A stretch of 48,329 nucleotides of DNA. Origin: a virus. Lineage: Duplodnaviria; Caudoviricetes. The notes under the pieces are model-generated. The model was not told the DNA's origin and did no database searches. It worked only from the letters and a program-made list of their open reading frames with translations. The position numbers and the translations under genes were made by a program. The DNA lies in IMG/VR virus record IMGVR_UViG_3300017722_002806, positions 1-48,329 of that record. One strand, written 5' to 3'. Below, piece after piece: positions 19,455 to 27,680 of this stretch; position 1 is the stretch's first letter; every line of letters begins with the position of its first letter.

Positions 19455-19733
19455 ATGAAAATTATCATAACCGAAGACCAAAAAAACAAAATTATGAATA
19501 GTAGTGATTGGGAAGAGGTAAGTGGCAAACTAATTAAAACCTTTTATTTTAAAGATTATAAAGAGGTTATGTCATTTGTAAATGAGGTTATGAAAATAGC
19601 TAACAAACAAAATCATCATCCCGATATGACGGTTCATTATGATAATGTAAAGTTATCCATTACTGACCACGATAAGGGTAAGGTGTCCGATAAGTGTCAT
19701 AAATTTGTTAATGAAGTAGATAAAATTAAATAA
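19455..19733 (+). CDS. phhB: Pterin-4-alpha-carbinolamine dehydratase with N-terminal tag
   Basis: LIKTFYFKDY...FVNEV...ANKQNHHPD...SITDHD...VSDKC. Confidence 0.9.
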   Translation: MKIIITEDQKNKIMNSSDWEEVSGKLIKTFYFKDYKEVMSFVNEVMKIANKQNHHPDMTVHYDNVKLSITDHDKGKVSDKCHKFVNEVDKIK

Positions 19734-19734
19734 T

Positions 19735-20604
19735 ATGAGAATTATTGTTTCAAAAGAAGATAAAAAATATATAGAAGAATCAATTAAATCAGGTGAGGTT
19801 TTAAAAGAAGACTTAAGAAGGTGGTTTAAAGAGAAGTGGGTAGATGTTAGTAAAAAGGTAGATGGTAAACACCCACCTTGCGGTAGAAAAGATGCTGATG
19901 GTAAATCGTACCCAAAATGTAGACCTTCTAAAAAGGTATCTAAAGAAACTCCAAAAGTCGCCTCATCTTACAGTAAAAAAGATAAGAAAGCAATGACATC
20001 ACAAAAAAGAAGAGCTGAAAAGAAAGACCCAAAAGTTGGTAAAGGAAACAAACCAACTATGACCAAGTTTGATGAACAAAGTAGTGTCGACGAAAGAAGT
20101 AGAAGTTTTGCGTTTACAAGAAAAAAAAGATTGTTTAGTCAACCAGAAAGAATGTCCAATCCTCTTAGATATAGAGAAGTAGATAGATTATCCGAAAGTG
20201 TAGAAAAAAGAACAATTATTCAAATATCAGAAGAACAATTTGAAAGATTGTTTGAGTTTAACGAAGAGACACCTGTATTAATATATGAGGATGAATTTGG
20301 TTCAATTGAAAATACCAAATTTGGTGCTTACGGATTATTACAGGAGGCCGAGTATCAAGGGCGTAAGGTTCAACTTGGAAAAATCATGCAAGGTGATATT
20401 AAAAAGTTTAAAGTGTACGTCAAGAATGACAAGGGTAAGGTTGTTAAAGTAAATTTCGGTTTCGGAGGTAAATCTGCGAAGGGAAAAAGAATGGTTATTA
20501 AGAAAAATAATCCTGAGAGACGTAAATCGTTTAGAGCAAGACATAATTGTTCAAATCCGGGTCCACGTTGGAAACCACGTTATTGGGCTTGTAGAACTTG
20601 GTAA
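19735..20604 (+). CDS. Modular basic protein, probably head-internal
   Basis: Module 1 LRRWFKEKWVDV...CGR...YPKCRP; module 2 KKFKVYV...VNFG...RRKSFRARHNC...RYWACRTW; internal IIQISEEQFERL tag. Confidence 0.75.
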   Translation: MRIIVSKEDKKYIEESIKSGEVLKEDLRRWFKEKWVDVSKKVDGKHPPCGRKDADGKSYPKCRPSKKVSKETPKVASSYSKKDKKAMTSQKRRAEKKDPKVGKGNKPTMTKFDEQSSVDERSRSFAFTRKKRLFSQPERMSNPLRYREVDRLSESVEKRTIIQISEEQFERLFEFNEETPVLIYEDEFGSIENTKFGAYGLLQEAEYQGRKVQLGKIMQGDIKKFKVYVKNDKGKVVKVNFGFGGKSAKGKRMVIKKNNPERRKSFRARHNCSNPGPRWKPRYWACRTW

Positions 20605-20609
20605 TTAAA

Positions 20610-21581
20610 ATGAAAATTGTAATATCTGAACAACAACTTAGACGTATTATAACGGAACAATCAGACGATTCATCTGTTAGTTGTGATAAAAATATCTCCA
20701 AAGATATTGGTTATTTAAGTGCTTGGCAGAATATGGATTCAATCAAACGAAAGAATCTATTGACATCAATAAAAAGTACAATTGACCAAACTTTAAATAA
20801 ATGTAAAGAAGAATATATTAAGTGGTTTCAACACCCCGCAACTATACAGAAATTTAAAACTCCTGAGGAAAAAGAAGTATTAAAAAAATTACCATCGTAC
20901 TTACAAACTATTAACACAGTAAGATTAAGTTTTAATGGTTCTAAAACTCAGCCGACAGCAATAGCGTGGGTAAATCCGGTAACTGAACCAACTGTAATCA
21001 AATATAACATAACACAAATACATGATGGAAATGATTTTCAGGGAACTCCATTAGATTACACAACAAAACACGAGATGGGTCACTTAATTGACCATTTCTT
21101 CAAAAAAAATGGTGTTGAGACCTATCAACAAACCATTGACACTAGTGCTCCTGGTTCTTATGTGGCAAACTATCTTATTAATGACAAAGACCAATATACA
21201 AGACTAAACGTTTTAAGGGGTATTATAGGTGCGGGACCTAATGATCATCCATCGATATTATTGAGTAAGTTTATGTCACAAGTTAATAGCGGAAAAATTA
21301 CATCTGATAAATTTATTTTTTCACAAGCATCATCAGAAACGACTCCTTTATCGCAGAAAAACGATTTACAGACGACTAAACAAATTTGGAAAATTTTAAT
21401 GAACAATATTCTCGTTGACGGGAAACCAGATATTAATATTGGGCAATTGTTTTCAACCTTTGGAATTGAAAGAGGTGGTACTGTTTTTATAAGTTTCGAC
21501 TTATTGTCGGAACTTAATTTAACATCCAAAGACTTGAAAAAGAAATATTACTTCTTAAAAATGTCACCACGCAGTGCATAA
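20610..21581 (+). CDS. Putative zinc metallopeptidase (HExxH) with N-terminal tag
   Basis: TKHEMGHLIDH; start moved to ATG 20610 (MKIVISEQQLRRIITEQ). Confidence 0.65.
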   Translation: MKIVISEQQLRRIITEQSDDSSVSCDKNISKDIGYLSAWQNMDSIKRKNLLTSIKSTIDQTLNKCKEEYIKWFQHPATIQKFKTPEEKEVLKKLPSYLQTINTVRLSFNGSKTQPTAIAWVNPVTEPTVIKYNITQIHDGNDFQGTPLDYTTKHEMGHLIDHFFKKNGVETYQQTIDTSAPGSYVANYLINDKDQYTRLNVLRGIIGAGPNDHPSILLSKFMSQVNSGKITSDKFIFSQASSETTPLSQKNDLQTTKQIWKILMNNILVDGKPDINIGQLFSTFGIERGGTVFISFDLLSELNLTSKDLKKKYYFLKMSPRSA

Positions 21582-21589
21582 CTTGGTAG

Positions 21590-22030
21590 TTAGTAAAAAA
21601 TTACATCGACATCACACTCTCTCAACAACTCAAGACTTTTCCTTTGGGATTCATCCCATTTATCTTTATTTTTAGTGGTACATATTTGTTTACAATAAAC
21701 AATTTTAATCCCACTGTTCACTATACCTCTGGCACAGTCCATACATGGTAATCCTGAAGTGAGATATATCGATGAACCCTTTAGTGGTATTCCCACACGA
21801 GCGGCGTTATAAATTGCATTACGTTCCGCGTGTTCAAACCAGAAGTATTTTTCAGGTCTTTCCTGACGTTCTGGTAACGAATCATCCAAACCCCTTGGAA
21901 ACGAATTATAACCCGTAGAGAGGACCTCATTATCGATTCCTACTATAACGGCACCTATCTGTGTAGATTGGTCCTTAGATTTGAGTTTTACCTGTTCTGC
22001 AATGTTTAAAAAATATTCTGTCCAATTCAT
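21590..22030 (-). CDS. dCMP deaminase
   Basis: SKD...GAVI, GYN, HAERNAI, PCMDC; likely start MNWTEYF at 22030 (TAATG coupling with the upstream gene). Confidence 0.93.
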   Translation of the reverse strand: MNWTEYFLNIAEQVKLKSKDQSTQIGAVIVGIDNEVLSTGYNSFPRGLDDSLPERQERPEKYFWFEHAERNAIYNAARVGIPLKGSSIYLTSGLPCMDCARGIVNSGIKIVYCKQICTTKNKDKWDESQRKSLELLRECDVDVIFY

Positions 22031-22344
22031 TATATTAATTTTTGTGGAGACCAATACCAAACCCTATTATCTGAATATCTATTGAGTGACCAAGCATCCT
22101 TTTTTTCTTTTAATTTACTTATTTGAATCAAATCTGACCGATTTCTTATATCAATCCCGACGTTAAATCCACCGTTAACCTTTTCGTATAAAGTTTCCTT
22201 CATGGGAGGTTCGTACTTACCCTCATCGTCTAACCGCAACATTTTAATCATCTCATCCTTCTTCATTTTACACTCAATACTTCTTGTGTGTATCATTTTT
22301 TCAAGGACATCCAATCTTAATTTACTATAATCAACTTCAGACAT
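22030..22344 (-). CDS. Hypothetical protein with possible SAP/HeH/Rho-N-like N-terminus
   Basis: DYSKLRLDVLEKM...RSI...KKDEMIKML; preceded by a consensus Bacteroidota promoter. Confidence 0.65.
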   Translation of the reverse strand: MSEVDYSKLRLDVLEKMIHTRSIECKMKKDEMIKMLRLDDEGKYEPPMKETLYEKVNGGFNVGIDIRNRSDLIQISKLKEKKDAWSLNRYSDNRVWYWSPQKLI

Positions 22345-22348
22345 AATG

Positions 22349-22380
22349 CAAATATAAGAAATATTCTGGAATATACCAAA
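22349..22380 (-). promoter_or_regulatory. Bacteroidota housekeeping-sigma promoter
   Basis: Minus strand TTTG-N20-TATATTTG, matching the -33 TTTG / -7 TAnnTTTG consensus. Confidence 0.8.
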
Positions 22381-22382
22381 AT

Positions 22383-22412
22383 AAAAAAACCCCCGAAAAT
22401 CGGGGGTCTTTT
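22383..22412 (-). terminator. Intrinsic terminator after the major capsid gene
   Basis: ACCCCCGA-loop-TCGGGGGT with T tracts on both strands. Confidence 0.9.
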
Positions 22413-22429
22413 ATATTATACCGTTAAGA

Positions 22430-24157
22430 TTATCTTAAAGTATCTAAGCTAAATGTAGCTAAACCATGTACATCAACCACACCAAAGTAACGGTTATTAA
22501 CCATTTTCTTTGCGTAACGTGTCATGATACCCTTAATTGGGGTAAAATTGAACGGATTGTACATTGTTGGAGTTAATTGTAAAGGTACATATGGAGCGTA
22601 GATGTAACCAGCGTCCAATAATGATTTACCTTTGTGTCCAATTAAAATTTTACCAGCTGGTAAATATGGATCACGGTATACTTGATAACGTCCAGCAAGT
22701 GTACCTACTTTCTCAATACCCATGTTGTATGAATCTTGTTCAGGATGAGCATTTGAAACGTGGAAATATTCTAAATCGTCGAATACTGCAGAAACTTCTG
22801 AAGAAACAACAATCCAGTTAGCACCACCTCTTAAAGTAGTTTTGTGGATTTGAGCTGAAATTTGATTGATTTTAGTAATCAATGTTTGGTTCCAATCTTT
22901 TTGAGTGTAACCAGCGAATGAACTACCGTTGTTACCGTATTTCCACTCATTGTAATCCCACTTAGCTTTCCAAGCCGCACCTTTACGTAAATCACGTAAA
23001 ATTTCACGGTCGATTTCTGCTGCGATTTGCTCAGATAATAAAGCTGTTAATTCAGCTTCAGCATCGATGTTGTGGAATGCACTAACGTCTTGAGCCAATT
23101 CAGGAGACCAGCTAGCTCTTAATTTTCTTTCAGTTACAGAAACTGTTACTGATTGTAAATCAAAAGTTACTTCACCGATTTCTTCTTCGAATTCTAATGA
23201 CTCATATAAACGATAAGTTGCTACGAAGTCAGTTTTAGCTAAAGTTGAACCAGCTACTGTGTAACCAGAGAAACCTGAAGCCGCATCATATGCTTCCAAA
23301 TCAACACTTACATAAATGAAACCTTCAGCATCACATACATTGTAGAATGAACCAGTAGTACCAGCTGCGTTTGCACCATATTCAACAATACCTTTACCGT
23401 ATTTTTGAGTTACGATATTGAATGGTAATGCTGCATAGTTTGCAGTGTGTCCACTAACTTGATTACAAGAAACTACTAATGAAGCTAAAAATTCTTCAGT
23501 ATCCATTTCATTACCTGCAGGTCCTACTAATTTACCAGCACCAGCTGCAGTGAAACCAGAGATTTTCAAAATTACATTTGAAACAACAACACCAGTTGCA
23601 ACTGCACTTGATGCAGAAGCCGTACCGTTTGCGAATGATATTAAATCTACAATAACTAAAGACTCACTTGAGAATTTACCTTTAGAGTAGTCAAATAAAC
23701 CTTGGTCATTTGCATCTGAATTCTCGTAAAAACGATCGTAAAGATTTTTACCTGTAAAGTCACCGTTTGCACCAGCATTAGGGTAACCATAAGGTGCTCT
23801 GTGATCTGTACCACCATCTCTTTCAGAGATTTTAGGGATAAAGAAGAACAATTTACCAATTGGTAAGTTCATTGCTTGTACTGAAACGATGTCGTTTGCT
23901 AATAATTTAGAGAATACACGACGGATAATTGGGAAAACTACAGTCTCAAAAGAACCAGAAGCATCAGTTGTTGCTGCTTCGTTGATTAAGTGTGACGCTT
24001 GGTTTTCATACAATTGCGCGATGTTATCTTTTTGGTGACCGTCAAGACCTTCTAAAAAGCCTAAGTCATCCCATTTTTTAATGGTATCTTCTTTGATAAC
24101 ACGTAGGTGCTTAAGACCTATGTTACCAACCATACCTGATTCTAATAATGCTCCCAT
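22430..24157 (-). CDS. Major capsid protein (T4 gp23-like)
   Basis: IVSVQAMNLPIGKLF, RKLRASWSPELAQDVSAFHNIDAEAELTALLSEQIAAEIDREI, GYIYAPYVPL, GIMTRY. Confidence 0.97.
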   Translation of the reverse strand: MGALLESGMVGNIGLKHLRVIKEDTIKKWDDLGFLEGLDGHQKDNIAQLYENQASHLINEAATTDASGSFETVVFPIIRRVFSKLLANDIVSVQAMNLPIGKLFFFIPKISERDGGTDHRAPYGYPNAGANGDFTGKNLYDRFYENSDANDQGLFDYSKGKFSSESLVIVDLISFANGTASASSAVATGVVVSNVILKISGFTAAGAGKLVGPAGNEMDTEEFLASLVVSCNQVSGHTANYAALPFNIVTQKYGKGIVEYGANAAGTTGSFYNVCDAEGFIYVSVDLEAYDAASGFSGYTVAGSTLAKTDFVATYRLYESLEFEEEIGEVTFDLQSVTVSVTERKLRASWSPELAQDVSAFHNIDAEAELTALLSEQIAAEIDREILRDLRKGAAWKAKWDYNEWKYGNNGSSFAGYTQKDWNQTLITKINQISAQIHKTTLRGGANWIVVSSEVSAVFDDLEYFHVSNAHPEQDSYNMGIEKVGTLAGRYQVYRDPYLPAGKILIGHKGKSLLDAGYIYAPYVPLQLTPTMYNPFNFTPIKGIMTRYAKKMVNNRYFGVVDVHGLATFSLDTLR

Positions 24158-24185
24158 TTTAATATTGGTTTTAATTTTTTTTATT

Positions 24186-25418
24186 TTATTTTATTTTACT
24201 CATTAAATCTCTCATTCTCTTGAACTGAGGTGCTTCATAAGCTTTTGACTCAGATAAAACTTCTTGAGAAGAAGATGTTGATGGAGTATTAGAGATTTTT
24301 TCAACCACTGATTCAGTTACTGGTTTTTTAGTACCTAATTCAGATTTTATTGTATTAAATAAGCCCTTAGACTCATTCATAGTGGAAACTGTATCAAATC
24401 TCTTCAAAATGTTCAGTTTCTCTTGTTTTGTTGTTGAATGCTCTGTAAACAGACGAGTCGCGTAAGCTAAATTTGCATTAAACACGGCAACTTCGTTAAG
24501 TTTTTCCTTGAAAAGAATTAAAGCTTTCTTGTACTCAGAATTTTGTTTCTTAAGTGTTTCAACTTCTTCATTCATTTCATGACGACCAGCCTTGTATTTT
24601 TTACCTTGGTTAGCCGGAGTTCTAACGTCGTTAGCAAATGTTCTTGCTGCTTCAGTTGCTTCAACCTCTTTAGAGTCCTCATCCTCTTCTTCAGTAGCTT
24701 CTACTTCTTTAGAGTCTTCGTCCTCTTCCTCACCCAATTCGATTTCATAGATGGTCTCTTCTTCTTCAGAATCGACACCAGATTCAACATTAGAATCCAT
24801 ACCACCCATTTCAGGTGCCATGTCATCCATAATTGATGCTGACTCTTCGTCAAGATCATCTTCTCCATCAAGTTTGATGATGTACTCGTCATCGCCCAAA
24901 TCAAGTTCGATGTTATCTCCATCTTTCTTAACTACTATACCATCTTCTGGTTTCATAGCTTTGAAAATTTTAAGTACTTCTTCATCAGATGCACCAGTCA
25001 TGTCCATAACATCATCGTCCATTCCCATACCGTCTTCTGCAGATACGTCATCCAAAGATGAGTCGTCTCCCGCATCGTCGATAGCTGGTAAGTCTTCACC
25101 ATCAACTTCTGAGTCTAATGAATCAATGCCTTTACTTGGGTCTTCGTTATCGAGGTCGTCAACATTTTCAGAATCGTCATCTGATTCGGCATCATCTGCC
25201 TCATCATCAGGTTGTTCTGACATATCATTTGGTTCCTCACTTTTAGAAATAACATCATCTGATGTTTCTTCCTCTTCTTCCATTTCTGATTCTTTAAGCA
25301 ATTGATTTAGTTCTTCCTTCATAGTTGAAGCAAGTATACCCTTTGCATTTTGCTTTACGGCCTCTTCAAGATTTTGCACTTGAAGTAACGCTTGTTCTAA
25401 AATAGATTTTTCGCTCAT
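24186..25418 (-). CDS. Prohead core/scaffolding protein (gp22-like position)
   Basis: Highly acidic with a coiled-coil C-terminus, between protease and MCP; many LxE sites. Confidence 0.8.
   Translation of the reverse strand: MSEKSILEQALLQVQNLEEAVKQNAKGILASTMKEELNQLLKESEMEEEEETSDDVISKSEEPNDMSEQPDDEADDAESDDDSENVDDLDNEDPSKGIDSLDSEVDGEDLPAIDDAGDDSSLDDVSAEDGMGMDDDVMDMTGASDEEVLKIFKAMKPEDGIVVKKDGDNIELDLGDDEYIIKLDGEDDLDEESASIMDDMAPEMGGMDSNVESGVDSEEEETIYEIELGEEEDEDSKEVEATEEEDEDSKEVEATEAARTFANDVRTPANQGKKYKAGRHEMNEEVETLKKQNSEYKKALILFKEKLNEVAVFNANLAYATRLFTEHSTTKQEKLNILKRFDTVSTMNESKGLFNTIKSELGTKKPVTESVVEKISNTPSTSSSQEVLSESKAYEAPQFKRMRDLMSKIK
24651..24728 (-). repeat. 39-bp tandem duplication (13-aa EEDEDSKEVEATE x2)
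   Basis: Units 24651-24689 and 24690-24728; five mismatches, all synonymous. Confidence 0.9.
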
Positions 25419-25498
25419 TTGTGCTGTTTTATTTTAATATAAATACTTAGTTTTTTATAAAAATTTAGTTTTTAATATTCCGAACCCTATAAAATCAA

Positions 25499-26182
25499 TT
25501 ATTTGGATAAAAATTTATCTAATCCACCCATCAATTTTTTCATTCTATTGTCCAATGCTGGTTTTTCATCTACCCCTTCTTGATATTGATCTCTTTCAGA
25601 TGGGTCCGAAAAAATATATGCTCCAGGTGTAGATGGTGATGACACTAAGTCAAAACAAACTAATTCAAAGTCGTCTTGTACCATGTTTTGACCTCTGACA
25701 CTTTTTAATGACCCAACACCTCTAGATGAAATACCTAAAGTTGCACCATTCATTAATAACATCGCTGCTTGATCTCCTTTGGTTGAAACAATACCCATCT
25801 TTCTCCAACCCGGAGATGTGAATAATTTAATTTTACCCATGAGAATTTGACCGTCCCACCACGTTTCAAGAATTGAATGTGAGACTCTATCTAAATCGAT
25901 AAGTGAAGATGAAGGGTGGTTTAATTCATTTAAAGCTCCTCCCTTCTTAATTAATGATTGATACTTTTCATTTTCCCTTTTTAGTAACGATTCAGGATAA
26001 ATCCTTCCGTTCTTATTAGGGGTATCGTATTTTTGTAAAACGGCATAAAGGATAAGGTCTTGTGAAAAGTCCATATCCTTCGCCTCCTTTAAAATTTGCT
26101 TATTTTCTTCGGGAGAAACGTGACCAGCGTCATATTCTACTAATAAACCTTTCCCCGTTTCGTTTGGACCTAATATTTTCAT
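25499..26182 (-). CDS. Prohead protease (T4 gp21-like)
   Basis: NKNGRIYP, ELNHP, LDRVSH, LGISSRGVGS, FDLVSSPSTPGAY. Confidence 0.95.
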   Translation of the reverse strand: MKILGPNETGKGLLVEYDAGHVSPEENKQILKEAKDMDFSQDLILYAVLQKYDTPNKNGRIYPESLLKRENEKYQSLIKKGGALNELNHPSSSLIDLDRVSHSILETWWDGQILMGKIKLFTSPGWRKMGIVSTKGDQAAMLLMNGATLGISSRGVGSLKSVRGQNMVQDDFELVCFDLVSSPSTPGAYIFSDPSERDQYQEGVDEKPALDNRMKKLMGGLDKFLSK

Positions 26183-26221
26183 TTATAGATTAATATTTCT
26201 ATAAATACATTAGAATCCGTA

Positions 26222-26647
26222 TTATTTTTTAGTTTTATAAAAATTGAAGAGTTTTTTCTCGTGTAATCCTGAATCAACAATATCCTCAATCAATCTTTTT
26301 ATAGTATTTTTAGGTTCCTTTGTTTTAACATCAAATTGTTTATTAACATACAATGTGACCTCTAAATTCATAAATGACCTTTTTTCTAACTTAATTCCTT
26401 TTGTTCTAATATCTAAATCAACAATGGATTGTTCTTTAAAATAAGGTGTATTTAAATTATATACAATTTCTTTTATTTTTCTTCTTGACCTATGTATTAT
26501 GTGGTCAAAATCATCAGTTTCATTTTCTGGTTGCAACCAAGAATTAAGTTTAAGGTAGATTGTTTTTAAATTTTTAAAATCTACAGTTCCATAACCAATT
26601 TTCACTTCATTATATTCCCCTAAAGGAATATATTTTCCTGTCTTCAT
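26222..26647 (-). CDS. Hypothetical protein
   Basis: 141-aa ORF with an upstream TTTG-N20-TATTTTTT early-type promoter (26682-26713). Confidence 0.75.
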   Translation of the reverse strand: MKTGKYIPLGEYNEVKIGYGTVDFKNLKTIYLKLNSWLQPENETDDFDHIIHRSRRKIKEIVYNLNTPYFKEQSIVDLDIRTKGIKLEKRSFMNLEVTLYVNKQFDVKTKEPKNTIKRLIEDIVDSGLHEKKLFNFYKTKK

Positions 26648-26747
26648 TAATTTTCATATTATTTTATTTTATGGTGTTATTAAAAAATAACTAAAATTAA
26701 TTACAAAACCAAAAATTTTTAATATATTTATGATATACTTATATTTT

Positions 26748-26939
26748 ATGATTATAATTAACGTTTCAAAAGAAAAAAACATAGAAAGTGCGTTGAGGAC
26801 TTATAAACAAAAAGTTCAAAAGACTAAGCAAGTTCAAAAATTAAGGGAAAGACAATCGTTTGTTAAACCCTCAGTTAGAAGAAGAAAAGAGGTTTTAAAA
26901 GCAGTCTATGTTCAACAAATAAAAAATGGTCTTAATTAA
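26748..26939 (+). CDS. rpsU: Phage-encoded ribosomal protein bS21
   Basis: MIIINVSKEKNIESALRTYKQK...LRERQSFVKPSVRRRKEVLKAVY; start moved to ATG 26748; opposite strand to the head genes. Confidence 0.93.
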   Translation: MIIINVSKEKNIESALRTYKQKVQKTKQVQKLRERQSFVKPSVRRRKEVLKAVYVQQIKNGLN

Positions 26940-26951
26940 GACCATTTTTTA
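26920..26951. terminator. 32-bp perfect palindrome / bidirectional terminator spanning two stop codons
   Basis: TAAAAAATGGTCTTAATTAAGACCATTTTTTA is its own reverse complement. Confidence 0.8.
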
Positions 26952-27678
26952 ATTCTGTTAATCTGTAATAATTATATCTCGATGGAGACATTTGAGATAC
27001 CTCATCCCTTACCGCCTTTAGTCTATCGGTTAAATCAGTATCTTTTGATTCAGTTATAAGTAATGAAACTTTTTCTAAAATGGATTCGTGTAACTCATTA
27101 CTTTTGGTAATTAAGTCATTGTAAGAAATAGATAAAATATTTTTCAATTCCTCTTTTTCAGATTCTGACAATGTATTAGAGTATAATACGTTAAAATTAT
27201 TTGTTAAAACAGCATTTAATAATGTTTCATTAGGTACTAAAGTCGTATCTGTTGATTCTGTTATTTTTTTCTTAGTTGTTAAATGTTCTACTAATTTCTT
27301 TTTTGCAATAACCTTCTTTTCAATATTTGATAAAGAATCTTTTTCTGATAATATATCTAAAGACTCATATAATTCGTTATTTTCAATTTCAATATTACCC
27401 AACTTATTAAGTAGAGATTCACAAAACACATTTAAATTATTCCAATTACCCATTGGTTGACCAAAATATGTATTTAATCCCTCAACGTATAATTTTGCGG
27501 TTTCCTTATCTTCAATATATTTGTTTTCAATTTCTTCATAAAACAAATACATTTCTTTGAAATCTTTGTTTTCTTTAATTGTTTTTAATATATCTTTAAC
27601 TTCAGTCTTATTTTCTTTTGTATATGACTCAGTTAATTTTGTTAACATTTTGGTTTTTAATTCCCCGAATTTGTTCAT
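26932..27678 (-). CDS. Hypothetical head-module protein
   Basis: 248-aa helical ORF immediately downstream of portal; LTE/ITE/LSE sites. Confidence 0.8.
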   Translation of the reverse strand: MNKFGELKTKMLTKLTESYTKENKTEVKDILKTIKENKDFKEMYLFYEEIENKYIEDKETAKLYVEGLNTYFGQPMGNWNNLNVFCESLLNKLGNIEIENNELYESLDILSEKDSLSNIEKKVIAKKKLVEHLTTKKKITESTDTTLVPNETLLNAVLTNNFNVLYSNTLSESEKEELKNILSISYNDLITKSNELHESILEKVSLLITESKDTDLTDRLKAVRDEVSQMSPSRYNYYRLTELKNGLN

Positions 27679-27680
27679 TG

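Noticed and set aside
24543-25305. Long plus-strand Ser- or Phe-rich ORFs (also 33855-34295, 36379-36945, 42569-43072, 46861-47325)
   Set aside because: Antisense or alternate-frame shadows of biased real genes; no independent expression signals.
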